The notes: generated from the sequence alone by a model not told the origin. Counted from the stretch's first letter, positions 30,832-39,243 are shown. The stretch is DNA of 64,000 nucleotides from Deltaproteobacteria bacterium RBG_13_43_22 (GCA_001797675.1 MGQB01000030.1:40077-104076), one strand, 5' to 3'. A program made the numbers and translations.

Positions 30832-31721
30832 AAACCGGCAGACATAAAGCCACGGTTGGATTCATCGGGATCGGCAAGATGGGCTTGCCCATGGCAAGCA
30901 GGATAGCCGCGCACGGATACCCGTTAAAGGTATATGACATTTCGGCAGCGGCGATCATGGAGTTCTGCAACCGGTTTGCTGATGCCCGGGCAGCGAAAAC
31001 TCTGAAGGAAATCGGGCGAAGCTGCAAGGTCGTGATTCTGATGCTCCCCGACAGCGATGTCGTCAAGCGCGTACTGTTCGGCGAGAAAGACACCCTGGTC
31101 CCCCACCTCTCGCGCGGCTCAATCGTCATCGACATGAGTTCATCCAACCCGGCGGTGACCCGCGAGATCGGGCCGCGTCTTGAGGAGTCGGGGGTGGACT
31201 TTATCGATGCGCCGGTTTCTGGAGGTGTGAAGCGGGCAGTCGATGGATCCCTCGCCATCATGGTCGGCGGCGACAGCACGGTCATCGCCCGCGTTCAGCC
31301 GCTGCTGTCGACCATGGGACATTCGATCATTGAGACTGGGATGCTGGGATCCGGGCACGCGATGAAGGCGCTCAATAACTATGTCTCGGCGGCGGGTCTG
31401 CTCGTGGCCTGCGAAGCCTTGAAGATCGGCGTCGATTTCGGCATTCCGCCCGACAAGATCATTGCCGTTCTGAACGCCTCGACGGGGAAAAACAACAGTA
31501 CCGAGAACAAGATGATGCAGTTCGTTGTTCCGAAGCAGTTCAATTCCGGGTTCAGCCTCGGGCTGATGCGAAAGGATATCACTATCGCCACCGACCTGTC
31601 GAAGAGGCTGGGCTCGAAAACTCTGCTGGGTGAAATCCTTCTCAAATCCTGGACGGATGCTGAGACGAAGCTGGGCGGCGCCGCGGACCACACCGAGATA
31701 TTCCGTATGCTCGACGGGTAG
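30828..31721 (+). CDS. NAD(P)-dependent beta-hydroxyacid dehydrogenase (3-hydroxyisobutyrate dehydrogenase family)
   Basis: VGFIGIGKMGLPMA Rossmann motif, DAPVSGG, GSGHAMKALNN. The ATG at 30828 overlaps the upstream stop (ATGA). The longer ORF beginning at 30576 is an out-of-frame overlap of the CMD gene. Confidence 0.88.
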   Translation: MKTGRHKATVGFIGIGKMGLPMASRIAAHGYPLKVYDISAAAIMEFCNRFADARAAKTLKEIGRSCKVVILMLPDSDVVKRVLFGEKDTLVPHLSRGSIVIDMSSSNPAVTREIGPRLEESGVDFIDAPVSGGVKRAVDGSLAIMVGGDSTVIARVQPLLSTMGHSIIETGMLGSGHAMKALNNYVSAAGLLVACEALKIGVDFGIPPDKIIAVLNASTGKNNSTENKMMQFVVPKQFNSGFSLGLMRKDITIATDLSKRLGSKTLLGEILLKSWTDAETKLGGAADHTEIFRMLDG

Positions 31722-31727
31722 ATCCTC

Positions 31728-31808
31728 ATGAAGACGGCCTTCGTTATTTTCGACCGGGTGACAGTTTTTGACCTGAGCAGGTCGGGAAACAAGGGTCCGC
31801 ATCTCTAA
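31728..31808 (+). pseudogene. Possible 5' stub of a DJ-1/PfpI-type gene
   Basis: A 26-codon ORF, MKTAFVIFDRVTVFDLSRSGNKGPHL*, starts 7 nt after the dehydrogenase stop. The first 16 aa resemble the DJ-1/PfpI N-terminal strand; the rest does not. Confidence 0.25.
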
Positions 31809-31904
31809 ACAGATAGATTATCCCTACGAGGAACCTGCTCGATCAATGTCCGCCGGCGACCAAATCCCCCCTCTCCAGCCTCCGGGAAAAGAACATCCCA
31901 TCAG

Positions 31905-33860
31905 TTATTCCGCTGGTTGCGGCTCGCTCTTCGGCGGGGCGATCCGCCGGTGGAGCACGACGCCATAGAACGTCGCCGGCAGGATGATCACAGCCATCAT
32001 CAAAGACACGTTGGTGTCCGGGTGGAACATCATCACGAGCGAAACAATGGCCAGCGCCGCGCGTAGTATTATGTTCGCACTCCGGTTATGAGCGCACTTC
32101 CCGAAGATAGCGTAGGTAATTCCCCAGCAGGAGATCGCCACAAGCAGCATATCCCTGATCATCAACCAGCCCGGGTTCATCACGAGGCTGAAGCGGGTGA
32201 AGATGGCAAAAGTCATGAGGGTGATGGGCAGGCACAGTTTCAGTGCCTGAAACATGGTCCGCATGAAGGACGCCTCCGCGATCCTTGCCGAGACCGCCGC
32301 TGTAAGCGAGGTCGGCGGGGACAACTCACCCCAGACCGCAATCAAAAAGCAGAAAAAATGCGCAACCCAGGGATCGATGCCGAGCTTGCGCATGGGATCC
32401 ACGATGATCACCGCCAGGACGATATAGGTCGCCGTTGGCGGTAGGCCGGCGCCGACAAGCCAGCCGAACATCCAGGCCATCAGGACCAGTGCGATGATAT
32501 GGAACTCTCCGACGCGCAGGAGCATGCCCCCCATACGGTTGATGAATCCGGTCACGGTAAACAGACCGATCATGATGCCGAGCGTCGCCAGCAGCAGCGT
32601 CAGAAAGGAGGTCATCTCGGCATGCGTCTCTATCATGATGCGAACGTTCGCGAAGAGCTTATCCTTTTCGGCCGCCGGATCCTGCTTCACATACTTGAAA
32701 TAAAGATAGAGCAGGACAAGGAGCAAGAACATGAAGGACCCGGTATAGAGCCCCGAAAGCTGCTCGCCATAGTTAAGCACCCCCATCAGGATGGTGAGAA
32801 AGATGATCCCCATGAAGAAGATCGCTGTCTTGAGCTGGTCGTAGATCGGCAGGGTCTCTGCCTCGATCGGCGAGGCGGGCAACAGGCTTATGCTCGCGAG
32901 ATAAATGGATAGGGAAAGCGTGGAGTAGTAGATGAAGGCAAGGGCGAAACCGCGGATCACCACGCTCCAGTAAGGCACGTCGAGGAATTCCGCCATCACG
33001 AAACCGGCGACCGCCATCACCGGCGGCATGATGAGCCCTCCCATCGACGCCGCGGTCTCCACTGCCCCGGCGAACTCCCCGGGCACCCCGTAGCGTTTCA
33101 TCAGCGGGATGGTGAATGTGCCAACCACCGTGGCGTTGGCCGCACCACTGCCGCTGATCATGCCGACTGCTGACGAGGCGAGCACAGCCGTCTGAGGAAT
33201 CGTTTGCCGTGACCTTCCGGCAATCCTCCGCATGAAACTGACCATCGCCCCCTGGGCATCGAAGCCGCGCGCCGCCGCAGCCAGAAGCAGGAACGCCGCG
33301 ATCGTCGTCAGGGCAATCTGTGCGTATTGCCCATAAATGCCGGTGGAGAGCTCGACCGTGCTCGAAGTGACCACCCGGTAAAAGGAGGTCCCCGGGTGCC
33401 AGAAGAAATCAATCGGGCTCAGATAACCCCAAAGCGTATAGAATACCAGAACCACGTTCATCCAAAACAGCTCCGCATGGACGACACGCGACAGTTCCAT
33501 CACCAAAAGAAAAATCAGCAAACCCATGATGAAGTCTTCCCTGGTATAGGAGCCCTGCCGATAGATAGAGATCTGCTCGTATTCCGTATAAAAATGGTAT
33601 AAGGCATAAAGACAGATGCCTATGTAGATAACCACAAGAATACCATTCGCAGTCGGTGACAGTCGTTTGTAGATATAACCATTTTGATGCAGGTGCAGGA
33701 TCTGCAACATCAAGGCGATCGGTAAAAGGCTGGCCACGAGTTCAGTCGGCCCTCCGAAACCGGTGTAGAAGTACCGGGCCAGCCAAAAGAACATAACGAT
33801 CGATAAGAAAAAGATCAGGTTCTTGAGATTGATGTAGCGTTTGATTCCATCACTCAGCAT
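31905..33860 (-). CDS. TRAP transporter fused permease (TAXI-type 4TM/12TM fusion)
   Basis: About 650 aa with more than 16 hydrophobic segments. Sits adjacent to the TAXI binding protein. The ATG at 33860 is preceded by GGAGGAAACC. Confidence 0.85.
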   Translation of the reverse strand: MLSDGIKRYINLKNLIFFLSIVMFFWLARYFYTGFGGPTELVASLLPIALMLQILHLHQNGYIYKRLSPTANGILVVIYIGICLYALYHFYTEYEQISIYRQGSYTREDFIMGLLIFLLVMELSRVVHAELFWMNVVLVFYTLWGYLSPIDFFWHPGTSFYRVVTSSTVELSTGIYGQYAQIALTTIAAFLLLAAAARGFDAQGAMVSFMRRIAGRSRQTIPQTAVLASSAVGMISGSGAANATVVGTFTIPLMKRYGVPGEFAGAVETAASMGGLIMPPVMAVAGFVMAEFLDVPYWSVVIRGFALAFIYYSTLSLSIYLASISLLPASPIEAETLPIYDQLKTAIFFMGIIFLTILMGVLNYGEQLSGLYTGSFMFLLLVLLYLYFKYVKQDPAAEKDKLFANVRIMIETHAEMTSFLTLLLATLGIMIGLFTVTGFINRMGGMLLRVGEFHIIALVLMAWMFGWLVGAGLPPTATYIVLAVIIVDPMRKLGIDPWVAHFFCFLIAVWGELSPPTSLTAAVSARIAEASFMRTMFQALKLCLPITLMTFAIFTRFSLVMNPGWLMIRDMLLVAISCWGITYAIFGKCAHNRSANIILRAALAIVSLVMMFHPDTNVSLMMAVIILPATFYGVVLHRRIAPPKSEPQPAE

Positions 33861-34048
33861 GGTTTCCTCCTTTTTGGTCAAAAGCGGCTGTCTCCTTCCG
33901 GGCTGCCGCGTCAATACGACACAGGATGGCGACCGGAGAACTACTCAATGGTGGACGGACGATCTCCCTGTCAGCCGCCGCGAACCGCCCGCGGCAGGCT
34001 GCAGGGGACCTATTGCATTGTGGAAAAAGTGGATACAGGTGCTGGGGC

Positions 34049-34080
34049 GGGAACCGGACCGTTTACAGCGCCGGTTTCCC
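34049..34080 (-). terminator. Intercistronic stem-loop after the TAXI binding-protein gene
   Basis: GGGAACCGG (34049-34057) pairs with CCGGTTTCCC (34071-34080), 25 nt downstream of the stop on the minus strand. There is no U-tract, so it is more likely an mRNA-stabilising or partial terminator hairpin. Confidence 0.4.
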
Positions 34081-34104
34081 GTGCCCGAAAATCCCGTTGA
34101 ACAA

Positions 34105-35148
34105 TTACTTTCCGGCAATCTTCCATTTGTCGTTCCAGGCCTTGTGTTCCTTGAGGAACTTGGCCAGTCCTGGATGCACCGGAGCGGTCGGATTGGCATT
34201 GATGCCTTTCACCTGCATGCCGACGAAGTTGCGCGCCATGGGCCCGAAACCCGGATCAGCTTTGGCGAGGTTTTCGCGCTCAGCGTTGAACTTGTTCAGC
34301 ATCTTGTAGACGATCTCCTCGGGCATATCCGCAAGCATGTTGTAGCCGAACAGGAGCGGCACGCCGAGGATCGTTTTCACGCCGACATCCTTGCTGAATA
34401 CCTTCGTTGCATCGATCTCCTCGGGGGCGAGGTTCGCCGCGGTCAGCTTCTTGATCTCATCCGGACTCGGGTTGATTATCTTGATATCCAAACGCAGCTC
34501 TGTCTCACGCCAGTAGGACGCCAGCGACCGGCCGGCGGTCGTATAGCAGACAGCGCCGGCGATGGTGCCCGCCTGAAGCGCGTCGCCCTGGGCCGCCTCG
34601 CCGATCTGAACGTGTTTGAACTGGTAGCCGAGCGCCTTGAAGATGCGTATGAAATTGAGCCAGTTCATGAAACCGGCGGGGGTGAAGAATACCGGCTTCC
34701 CGCTGAAGTCGGCCCAGGACTTGTACTGGCTGGCCTTCGGGGCATACACGGCCATGAATGACTCCATCGGGTAGGCATACCAGGTGTGGACCATCTTCGA
34801 CTTGGCGGGATTGTACTCTTTAAAGCTCCCCGTGCCGGCGTAAACCTCGGTCATCCCGACGTCGGCCGTGTAGCCGATCTCCGCGTTGCCGTCCATCGTC
34901 GCCTTCATGGCGGCGGTCGTCGACGGATACGGATTGACCGTGACGGTGTACTCGCCGCCGAGCGCGTCCTCCAACACTTTGACCATCTGGGCTGCAACCC
35001 TATAGCCGTAAGAACCCGTGCTGGAGGTGGCCCAGCGGATCGACTTACGCTCCGCTGCATACACCGGATTAATTACCGAAAAGGTGAAAACGACGGCAAG
35101 CGCCGCAACCAATGCCGAAAAAAAATACCCTGATTTTGTTTTTGACAT
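34105..35148 (-). CDS. TAXI-family TRAP transporter solute-binding protein
   Basis: Signal peptide MSKTKSGYFFSALVAALAVVFTFSVINPVYA, then a roughly 320-aa periplasmic domain next to the fused TRAP permease. The ATG at 35148 has a GGAAGGG Shine-Dalgarno sequence. Confidence 0.82.
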   Translation of the reverse strand: MSKTKSGYFFSALVAALAVVFTFSVINPVYAAERKSIRWATSSTGSYGYRVAAQMVKVLEDALGGEYTVTVNPYPSTTAAMKATMDGNAEIGYTADVGMTEVYAGTGSFKEYNPAKSKMVHTWYAYPMESFMAVYAPKASQYKSWADFSGKPVFFTPAGFMNWLNFIRIFKALGYQFKHVQIGEAAQGDALQAGTIAGAVCYTTAGRSLASYWRETELRLDIKIINPSPDEIKKLTAANLAPEEIDATKVFSKDVGVKTILGVPLLFGYNMLADMPEEIVYKMLNKFNAERENLAKADPGFGPMARNFVGMQVKGINANPTAPVHPGLAKFLKEHKAWNDKWKIAGK

Positions 35149-35214
35149 AGTACCCTTCCTTTGATTTGATTGTGATTTAATTGAGTTGACAAGATTTTGC
35201 TTTTTAATGAAAAA

Positions 35215-35243
35215 AGTATAATAAAAGAAAAAGACCCGGTCAA
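35215..35243 (-). promoter_or_regulatory. Promoter cassette copy a: TTGACC-GGGTCTTTTTCTTTTAT-TATACT
   Basis: Read on the minus strand. -35 at 35243-35238, -10 at 35220-35215, about 60 nt upstream of the TAXI start. Confidence 0.6.
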
Positions 35244-35301
35244 GGAGAAAAATAGGGCGGAAGGCAAGAGAACAAAAGGGGTTTTTTGATAGAGGAATGG
35301 G

Positions 35302-35321
35302 GTCAATTGTTCCAAATTGAC
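35302..35321. promoter_or_regulatory. Perfect palindrome GTCAATT-N6-AATTGAC (candidate operator 1)
   Basis: GTCAATTGTTCCAAATTGAC, about 60 nt upstream of the -35 of cassette a. Confidence 0.45.
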
Positions 35322-35427
35322 TTTCTTTTGTCCATGCCTCGTTAGGCATTGGAGAAAACTTGTTTTCAATGTAATATATTCGGAAAGGTTGGGACATAAC
35401 GGCCTTTGGTCAATTTGGAAATCAATG

Positions 35428-35447
35428 GTCAATTAGAAAGAATTGAC
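35428..35447. promoter_or_regulatory. Perfect palindrome GTCAATT-N6-AATTGAC (candidate operator 2)
   Basis: GTCAATTAGAAAGAATTGAC. A further GTCAATT half-site lies at 35409-35415. Confidence 0.45.
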
Positions 35448-35462
35448 CCCAATATCATCAGG

Positions 35463-36011
35463 CTAAACAATGGATTCAACTTTTCCGTCCAGACTCATGA
35501 GCAACAACTCGACTTCTAGCTTCGGGTGTTGCTTCTTGATCAGCTTGGCCAGTTCCTTAAGTTTCTCGCTATGAACTTTTTTCTCCTTGGCCGGATCTTT
35601 TGCAAAGTCATCACCCAGGATGACCTTGTATGCGCCGCAATCACGGTGATCCATAACGATCACCTTGTGGATATGGTGCAGATCGACGGCCAGGCCGACA
35701 TGGTCCCAGAAGGTCCTGTTCCACGCCGGATATTTGTCAGTGACCGCCCCCAGCGCGGCTCCGGCCAAAACGATATGGTCGTATTTGTTTCTAAGACCAC
35801 GGCCGGACATATAGCGCTCGATATCGTCCATCAGGCGAAAATCCATGCAACTCAGAAGCAGTGCATCGGTGTTGCCCGCAGCATTCGAAACCCCGGCGGG
35901 CAGCATCGACGCCAGCAGGGTTGCGCCACCGCCCAGTACCGCTACCTGTAAGAACTTACGCCGGGCTAATCCAGTGGATTGAATGTTGTTTTTAATTGCG
36001 GCTTTTTTCAT
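35463..36011 (-). CDS. Tat-exported beta-carbonic-anhydrase-like protein
   Basis: Twin-arginine signal (RRKFLQVAVLGGGATLLAS...AAG), then C-x-D-x-R (SCMDFRL) and H-x-x-C (HRDCGAY). Confidence 0.65.
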   Translation of the reverse strand: MKKAAIKNNIQSTGLARRKFLQVAVLGGGATLLASMLPAGVSNAAGNTDALLLSCMDFRLMDDIERYMSGRGLRNKYDHIVLAGAALGAVTDKYPAWNRTFWDHVGLAVDLHHIHKVIVMDHRDCGAYKVILGDDFAKDPAKEKKVHSEKLKELAKLIKKQHPKLEVELLLMSLDGKVESIV

Positions 36012-36110
36012 TACTTCCTCCTTTTCTCATCTCGCCTATTGGGTGATGGTGACAAAAATGCTGAACGGCATAATTAACCGCAGCCGGCCTTAAGTCAAAA
36101 TATTTGATTA

Positions 36111-37523
36111 TTAAAGGTCGTCCCCAATTCCTCTTGCCCCGGATTGTACCCTTTTCAAAACCTCACCCGCCGCCACGACTCCTGAAATCGAGGATTGGAT
36201 CAACCCGCGGGTGACTCCCGCACCGTCCCCAACGGCGAAAAGATTCCTGACTTCTGTTTCAAGGCCGGGGGTGAGCTTGAGCTTCATGGAGTAGAATTTG
36301 ACTTCTACGCCGTAAAGGAGCGTATCACCCGAGTTCACCCCGGGTCCCACGTTATCGAGGACTTCGAGCATCTCCATCAGGTTGCTGAGGTGCCGGTAGG
36401 GCAGGACGAAGCTGAGGTCTCCCGGTGTGGCCTCTTCCAGGGTGGGACGCACCGAGCCTTCGGCTATTCTCTCCGGCGTAGACCGTCTGCCCATCTTCAG
36501 ATCGCCGAGCCGTTGGACGATGACCCCGCCGCCGATCAGGTTGGCCAGGCCGGCGATGTATTTCCCATAAGAGATCGGGTCATTAAAGGGTCGGGTGAAA
36601 TCGGTGCTCACCAGGAGGGCGAAGTTCGTATTTTCCGTTTTTTTGTTTTTGTAGCTGTGCCCGTTGACGCTGAATATGCCTTCGCTGTATTCCTTGACCA
36701 CCTCTCCATAGGGATTCATGCAGAAGGTTCTGATTTTGTCTTGAAATCTTTTTGAGTAATAGATGAACTTTCCCTCATAGGACGCGTCCGTTATATTTTT
36801 CAGAATAGCGGCCGGAAGTTCAACCCTGACCCCGATATCAACCGGGTTCTTCTGGACCGAAAGGTTCAGCCGTTTGGCTTCTCCGGAAAGCCAAGATGAT
36901 CCTTCCCGGCCCACGGCGGTGATAACAAACCGGGCATCAAAGGTCCGCCCATCTTCGGTCAGGACCCCGGAAACAGAGCCGTCGATTGTCCGGATCTGTT
37001 GTACCGGCGATTCGAAGACCAGCGCAACCTTGCCGTCCAGCTCATCCCGGATTTTGCGCAGCACTTCTCCGCAAACCTCCGTGCCGATATGCCTTATCAA
37101 GGCCGGAATCAGCTCCAGGTTATACCCGGCGGCTTTTTTCTTCAGACGGACCAGGGCCTCTTTGTTTCGGCCGTGAATATCCCCTCCGGCCCCGAAAAAG
37201 CGGTAAACCGAATCCACCTGTTCGATCAGGGCGGCCAAAGCCTCCTCGGAAACATACTCCTTCAGCCATCCCCCGAATTCCGAGGTCAGGGTAAGTTTCC
37301 CGTCGCTATAGGCCCCGGCCCCTCCCCAGCCGCAGAGGATGCTGCAAAGTTCGCACTGGATACAGGAAACGGATCTATCGGCTTTAGGACAACTTCTGGC
37401 CCGGATGTCGCGGCCTTTCTCGATCATGAGGATTTTGAGGCGGGGATTCTTAATGAGCTCCAGGGCGGCAAATATCCCCGCAGGCCCGGTACCGATAATG
37501 ATGACATCGTAAGAGGGTGCCAT
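36111..37523 (-). CDS. FAD-dependent protein (COG2509 family oxidoreductase)
   Basis: YDVIIIGTGPAGIFAALEL dinucleotide fold, a Cys-rich insert (SCPKADRSVSCIQCELCSILCGWGGAGAYSDGKL), and C-terminal GDGAGVTRG. Confidence 0.8.
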   Translation of the reverse strand: MAPSYDVIIIGTGPAGIFAALELIKNPRLKILMIEKGRDIRARSCPKADRSVSCIQCELCSILCGWGGAGAYSDGKLTLTSEFGGWLKEYVSEEALAALIEQVDSVYRFFGAGGDIHGRNKEALVRLKKKAAGYNLELIPALIRHIGTEVCGEVLRKIRDELDGKVALVFESPVQQIRTIDGSVSGVLTEDGRTFDARFVITAVGREGSSWLSGEAKRLNLSVQKNPVDIGVRVELPAAILKNITDASYEGKFIYYSKRFQDKIRTFCMNPYGEVVKEYSEGIFSVNGHSYKNKKTENTNFALLVSTDFTRPFNDPISYGKYIAGLANLIGGGVIVQRLGDLKMGRRSTPERIAEGSVRPTLEEATPGDLSFVLPYRHLSNLMEMLEVLDNVGPGVNSGDTLLYGVEVKFYSMKLKLTPGLETEVRNLFAVGDGAGVTRGLIQSSISGVVAAGEVLKRVQSGARGIGDDL

Positions 37524-37626
37524 GGTTAATCCCAATCCCTAAAGGTTGTCCGCTGGATTCGGACTTTCAGAGAATTAAAAGACCACTCCATCTCTTCGGC
37601 TGGTCAGGCCCTGTTCTGGCCGAATA

Positions 37627-38127
37627 TCATCCGGTTTCGTAGCAGGCCAGAATCTCGCCAAAGTAAAGGGTATGGTAATCCTTTTGTGGATAAAGAGTCG
37701 TATCATAATTTTTGTCCAGATGGGCCGGGTTCATGGCGGACCGGTAGACTATTTTACATTCATAATGATGCCCCGGGGTTTTGATAATGGGTGAAACCAC
37801 CTTACTCCCGCTGGTTATTTCCAGGTTGCCCGTTTTGAACTTGTCCAGGTCCCGGCCGGATTTCGAACCGCAGAAAGCAGTTTCTTTGCCCATGTCACCC
37901 AGCGGTACGGTAACGGTGAAATCCTCTGCTGCTTCCATAATACCAAAGGTATGCCGGGAAGACCGCACTGCTACCATCATGATCGGCTTTTGCCAGATAA
38001 ATCCGAAAGTCACCCAACCAATGGTCATGGTGTTGAGGGCGTTGCCGGCTTTTACGGTTAAAAAAGCGCCTTTTCTGATTTTCTTGAGATTTTCCTCAGC
38101 AATGGTCATGTAATTTAAATCTTTCAT
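37627..38127 (-). CDS. Flavin reductase-like (FMN-binding split barrel) protein
   Basis: 166 aa with GAFLTV..NTMTIGW..MVAVRSSRHT, typical of COG1853-like domains. Confidence 0.7.
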   Translation of the reverse strand: MKDLNYMTIAEENLKKIRKGAFLTVKAGNALNTMTIGWVTFGFIWQKPIMMVAVRSSRHTFGIMEAAEDFTVTVPLGDMGKETAFCGSKSGRDLDKFKTGNLEITSGSKVVSPIIKTPGHHYECKIVYRSAMNPAHLDKNYDTTLYPQKDYHTLYFGEILACYETG

Positions 38128-38213
38128 TGCAATCTCCTTAGGTTAAATGACCCCAGACTTTGTCGGGGGTTTACCTGCCGGATTGTTAAAAGGGTAACCG
38201 ACCCCAAATCCAT

Positions 38214-38268
38214 CTCCCCCGAACCACACTCCTTAAAATATCCAACAGCATAGACCAGTCCCTCGTCA
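38214..38268. repeat. Conserved 55-nt intergenic element, copy 1
   Basis: CTCCCCCGAACCACACTCCTTAAAATATCCAACAGCATAGACCAGTCCCTCGTCA. About 85% identical to 50780-50833. Confidence 0.75.
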
Positions 38269-38287
38269 AACACAGTCCCTTGCACTA

Positions 38288-38746
38288 TTATGACACAAGC
38301 CCGCTGGCTGTGCCTACAATCAACTTCTCACCGTGCTGGTTCTCGCACCAGACGTCCAGGTACAATCTAACGACGTTACCTTCGACTGCCTTTTCGCGAA
38401 CTGTGCCCTTGACGGTTATCACATCATCCGGCCAGGCCGACCGTATGATAGCCAGGGATAGGGTGCCTCCAAGATAGCCTGCCCCGAAGAATTTAATCAA
38501 CAGCTCCCCGAGATATTCCATGATCTGGCTGGCAAACACCAGGGGCTGGTCGACCCCCCATTCCTGGGCAATAGTGTAGTCATTGTGCCAATTCCTGAAA
38601 CGCGGCCACTGGCTGCGGTACAGGCGCATCTTGTCCAGTGTTACTTTTTTGGTTATCGGTTCCAATTGGAAGCCGACTTCGATATCCTTGCCGGCAATGA
38701 TTTTCATCGGCTTGAATGCCGTAGGATCGGTCTGCCTGGTATCCAT
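38288..38746 (-). CDS. MaoC-like (R)-hydratase hotdog-fold protein
   Basis: 152 aa. The hotdog C-terminal pattern (VKGTVREKAVEGNVVRLYLDVWCENQHGEKLIVGTA) fits MaoC dehydratases. Confidence 0.7.
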   Translation of the reverse strand: MDTRQTDPTAFKPMKIIAGKDIEVGFQLEPITKKVTLDKMRLYRSQWPRFRNWHNDYTIAQEWGVDQPLVFASQIMEYLGELLIKFFGAGYLGGTLSLAIIRSAWPDDVITVKGTVREKAVEGNVVRLYLDVWCENQHGEKLIVGTASGLVS

Positions 38747-38772
38747 CTTTTTCCTCTTAATTAACCATGGGA

Positions 38773-39243
38773 TCAGAGTTGCTCGGATTCTTTCTCCATG
38801 CGGGGGATTAAAGGAAAAGCCTGGGTCATTCTCATCCGGACCACTTCCCGGCCATCCTCGTCAATGACCAGGAATTCAAAGCTGATATGATCTCTGCCCC
38901 GTTTGTGGTTCTTGTCGGAAATCCGGCCGGTTATCCTGATTCGCTTTCCCACCTTCAGGGCATTGATAAATTCGAACTCCTGCTTGGCCCAGACCCCGAA
39001 CCCCTTGGGAATAGCAAAATAATTCCATAGCATGATGTCCGTGTCATAGGCCAGAAAGGTCGGTGAGATAATACGACCGCTGAACGGTGAATTTTCCAAG
39101 TACCACGGATTGTAATCATCATTGGCCCAGGCATGCCTTTCGGCCATCTCTTCCGTAATAACCATATCTACAGGATCCATTTCATGTCCGATTTCAGCAT
39201 TGAGCAAATCATGAGTGCCCGTTTGTCGCCGCTGTTCTTCCAC
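38773..39243 (-). CDS. Hotdog-fold protein (MaoC N-terminal-like partner subunit)
   Basis: 156 aa with GKRIRITGRISDKNHKRGRDHISFEFLVIDEDGREVVRMRMT. Sits 26 nt upstream of the MaoC-like gene. GTG start. Confidence 0.65.
   Translation of the reverse strand: MEEQRRQTGTHDLLNAEIGHEMDPVDMVITEEMAERHAWANDDYNPWYLENSPFSGRIISPTFLAYDTDIMLWNYFAIPKGFGVWAKQEFEFINALKVGKRIRITGRISDKNHKRGRDHISFEFLVIDEDGREVVRMRMTQAFPLIPRMEKESEQL

Noticed and set aside
38214-38268. Reading the conserved 55-nt element as a small protein (for example MLLDILRSVVRGRWIWGRLPF, or DEGLVYAVGYFKEC...).
   Set aside because: The second copy has a stop, or loses the start, in each candidate frame. Substitutions do not favour third codon positions, so a non-coding role is more likely.
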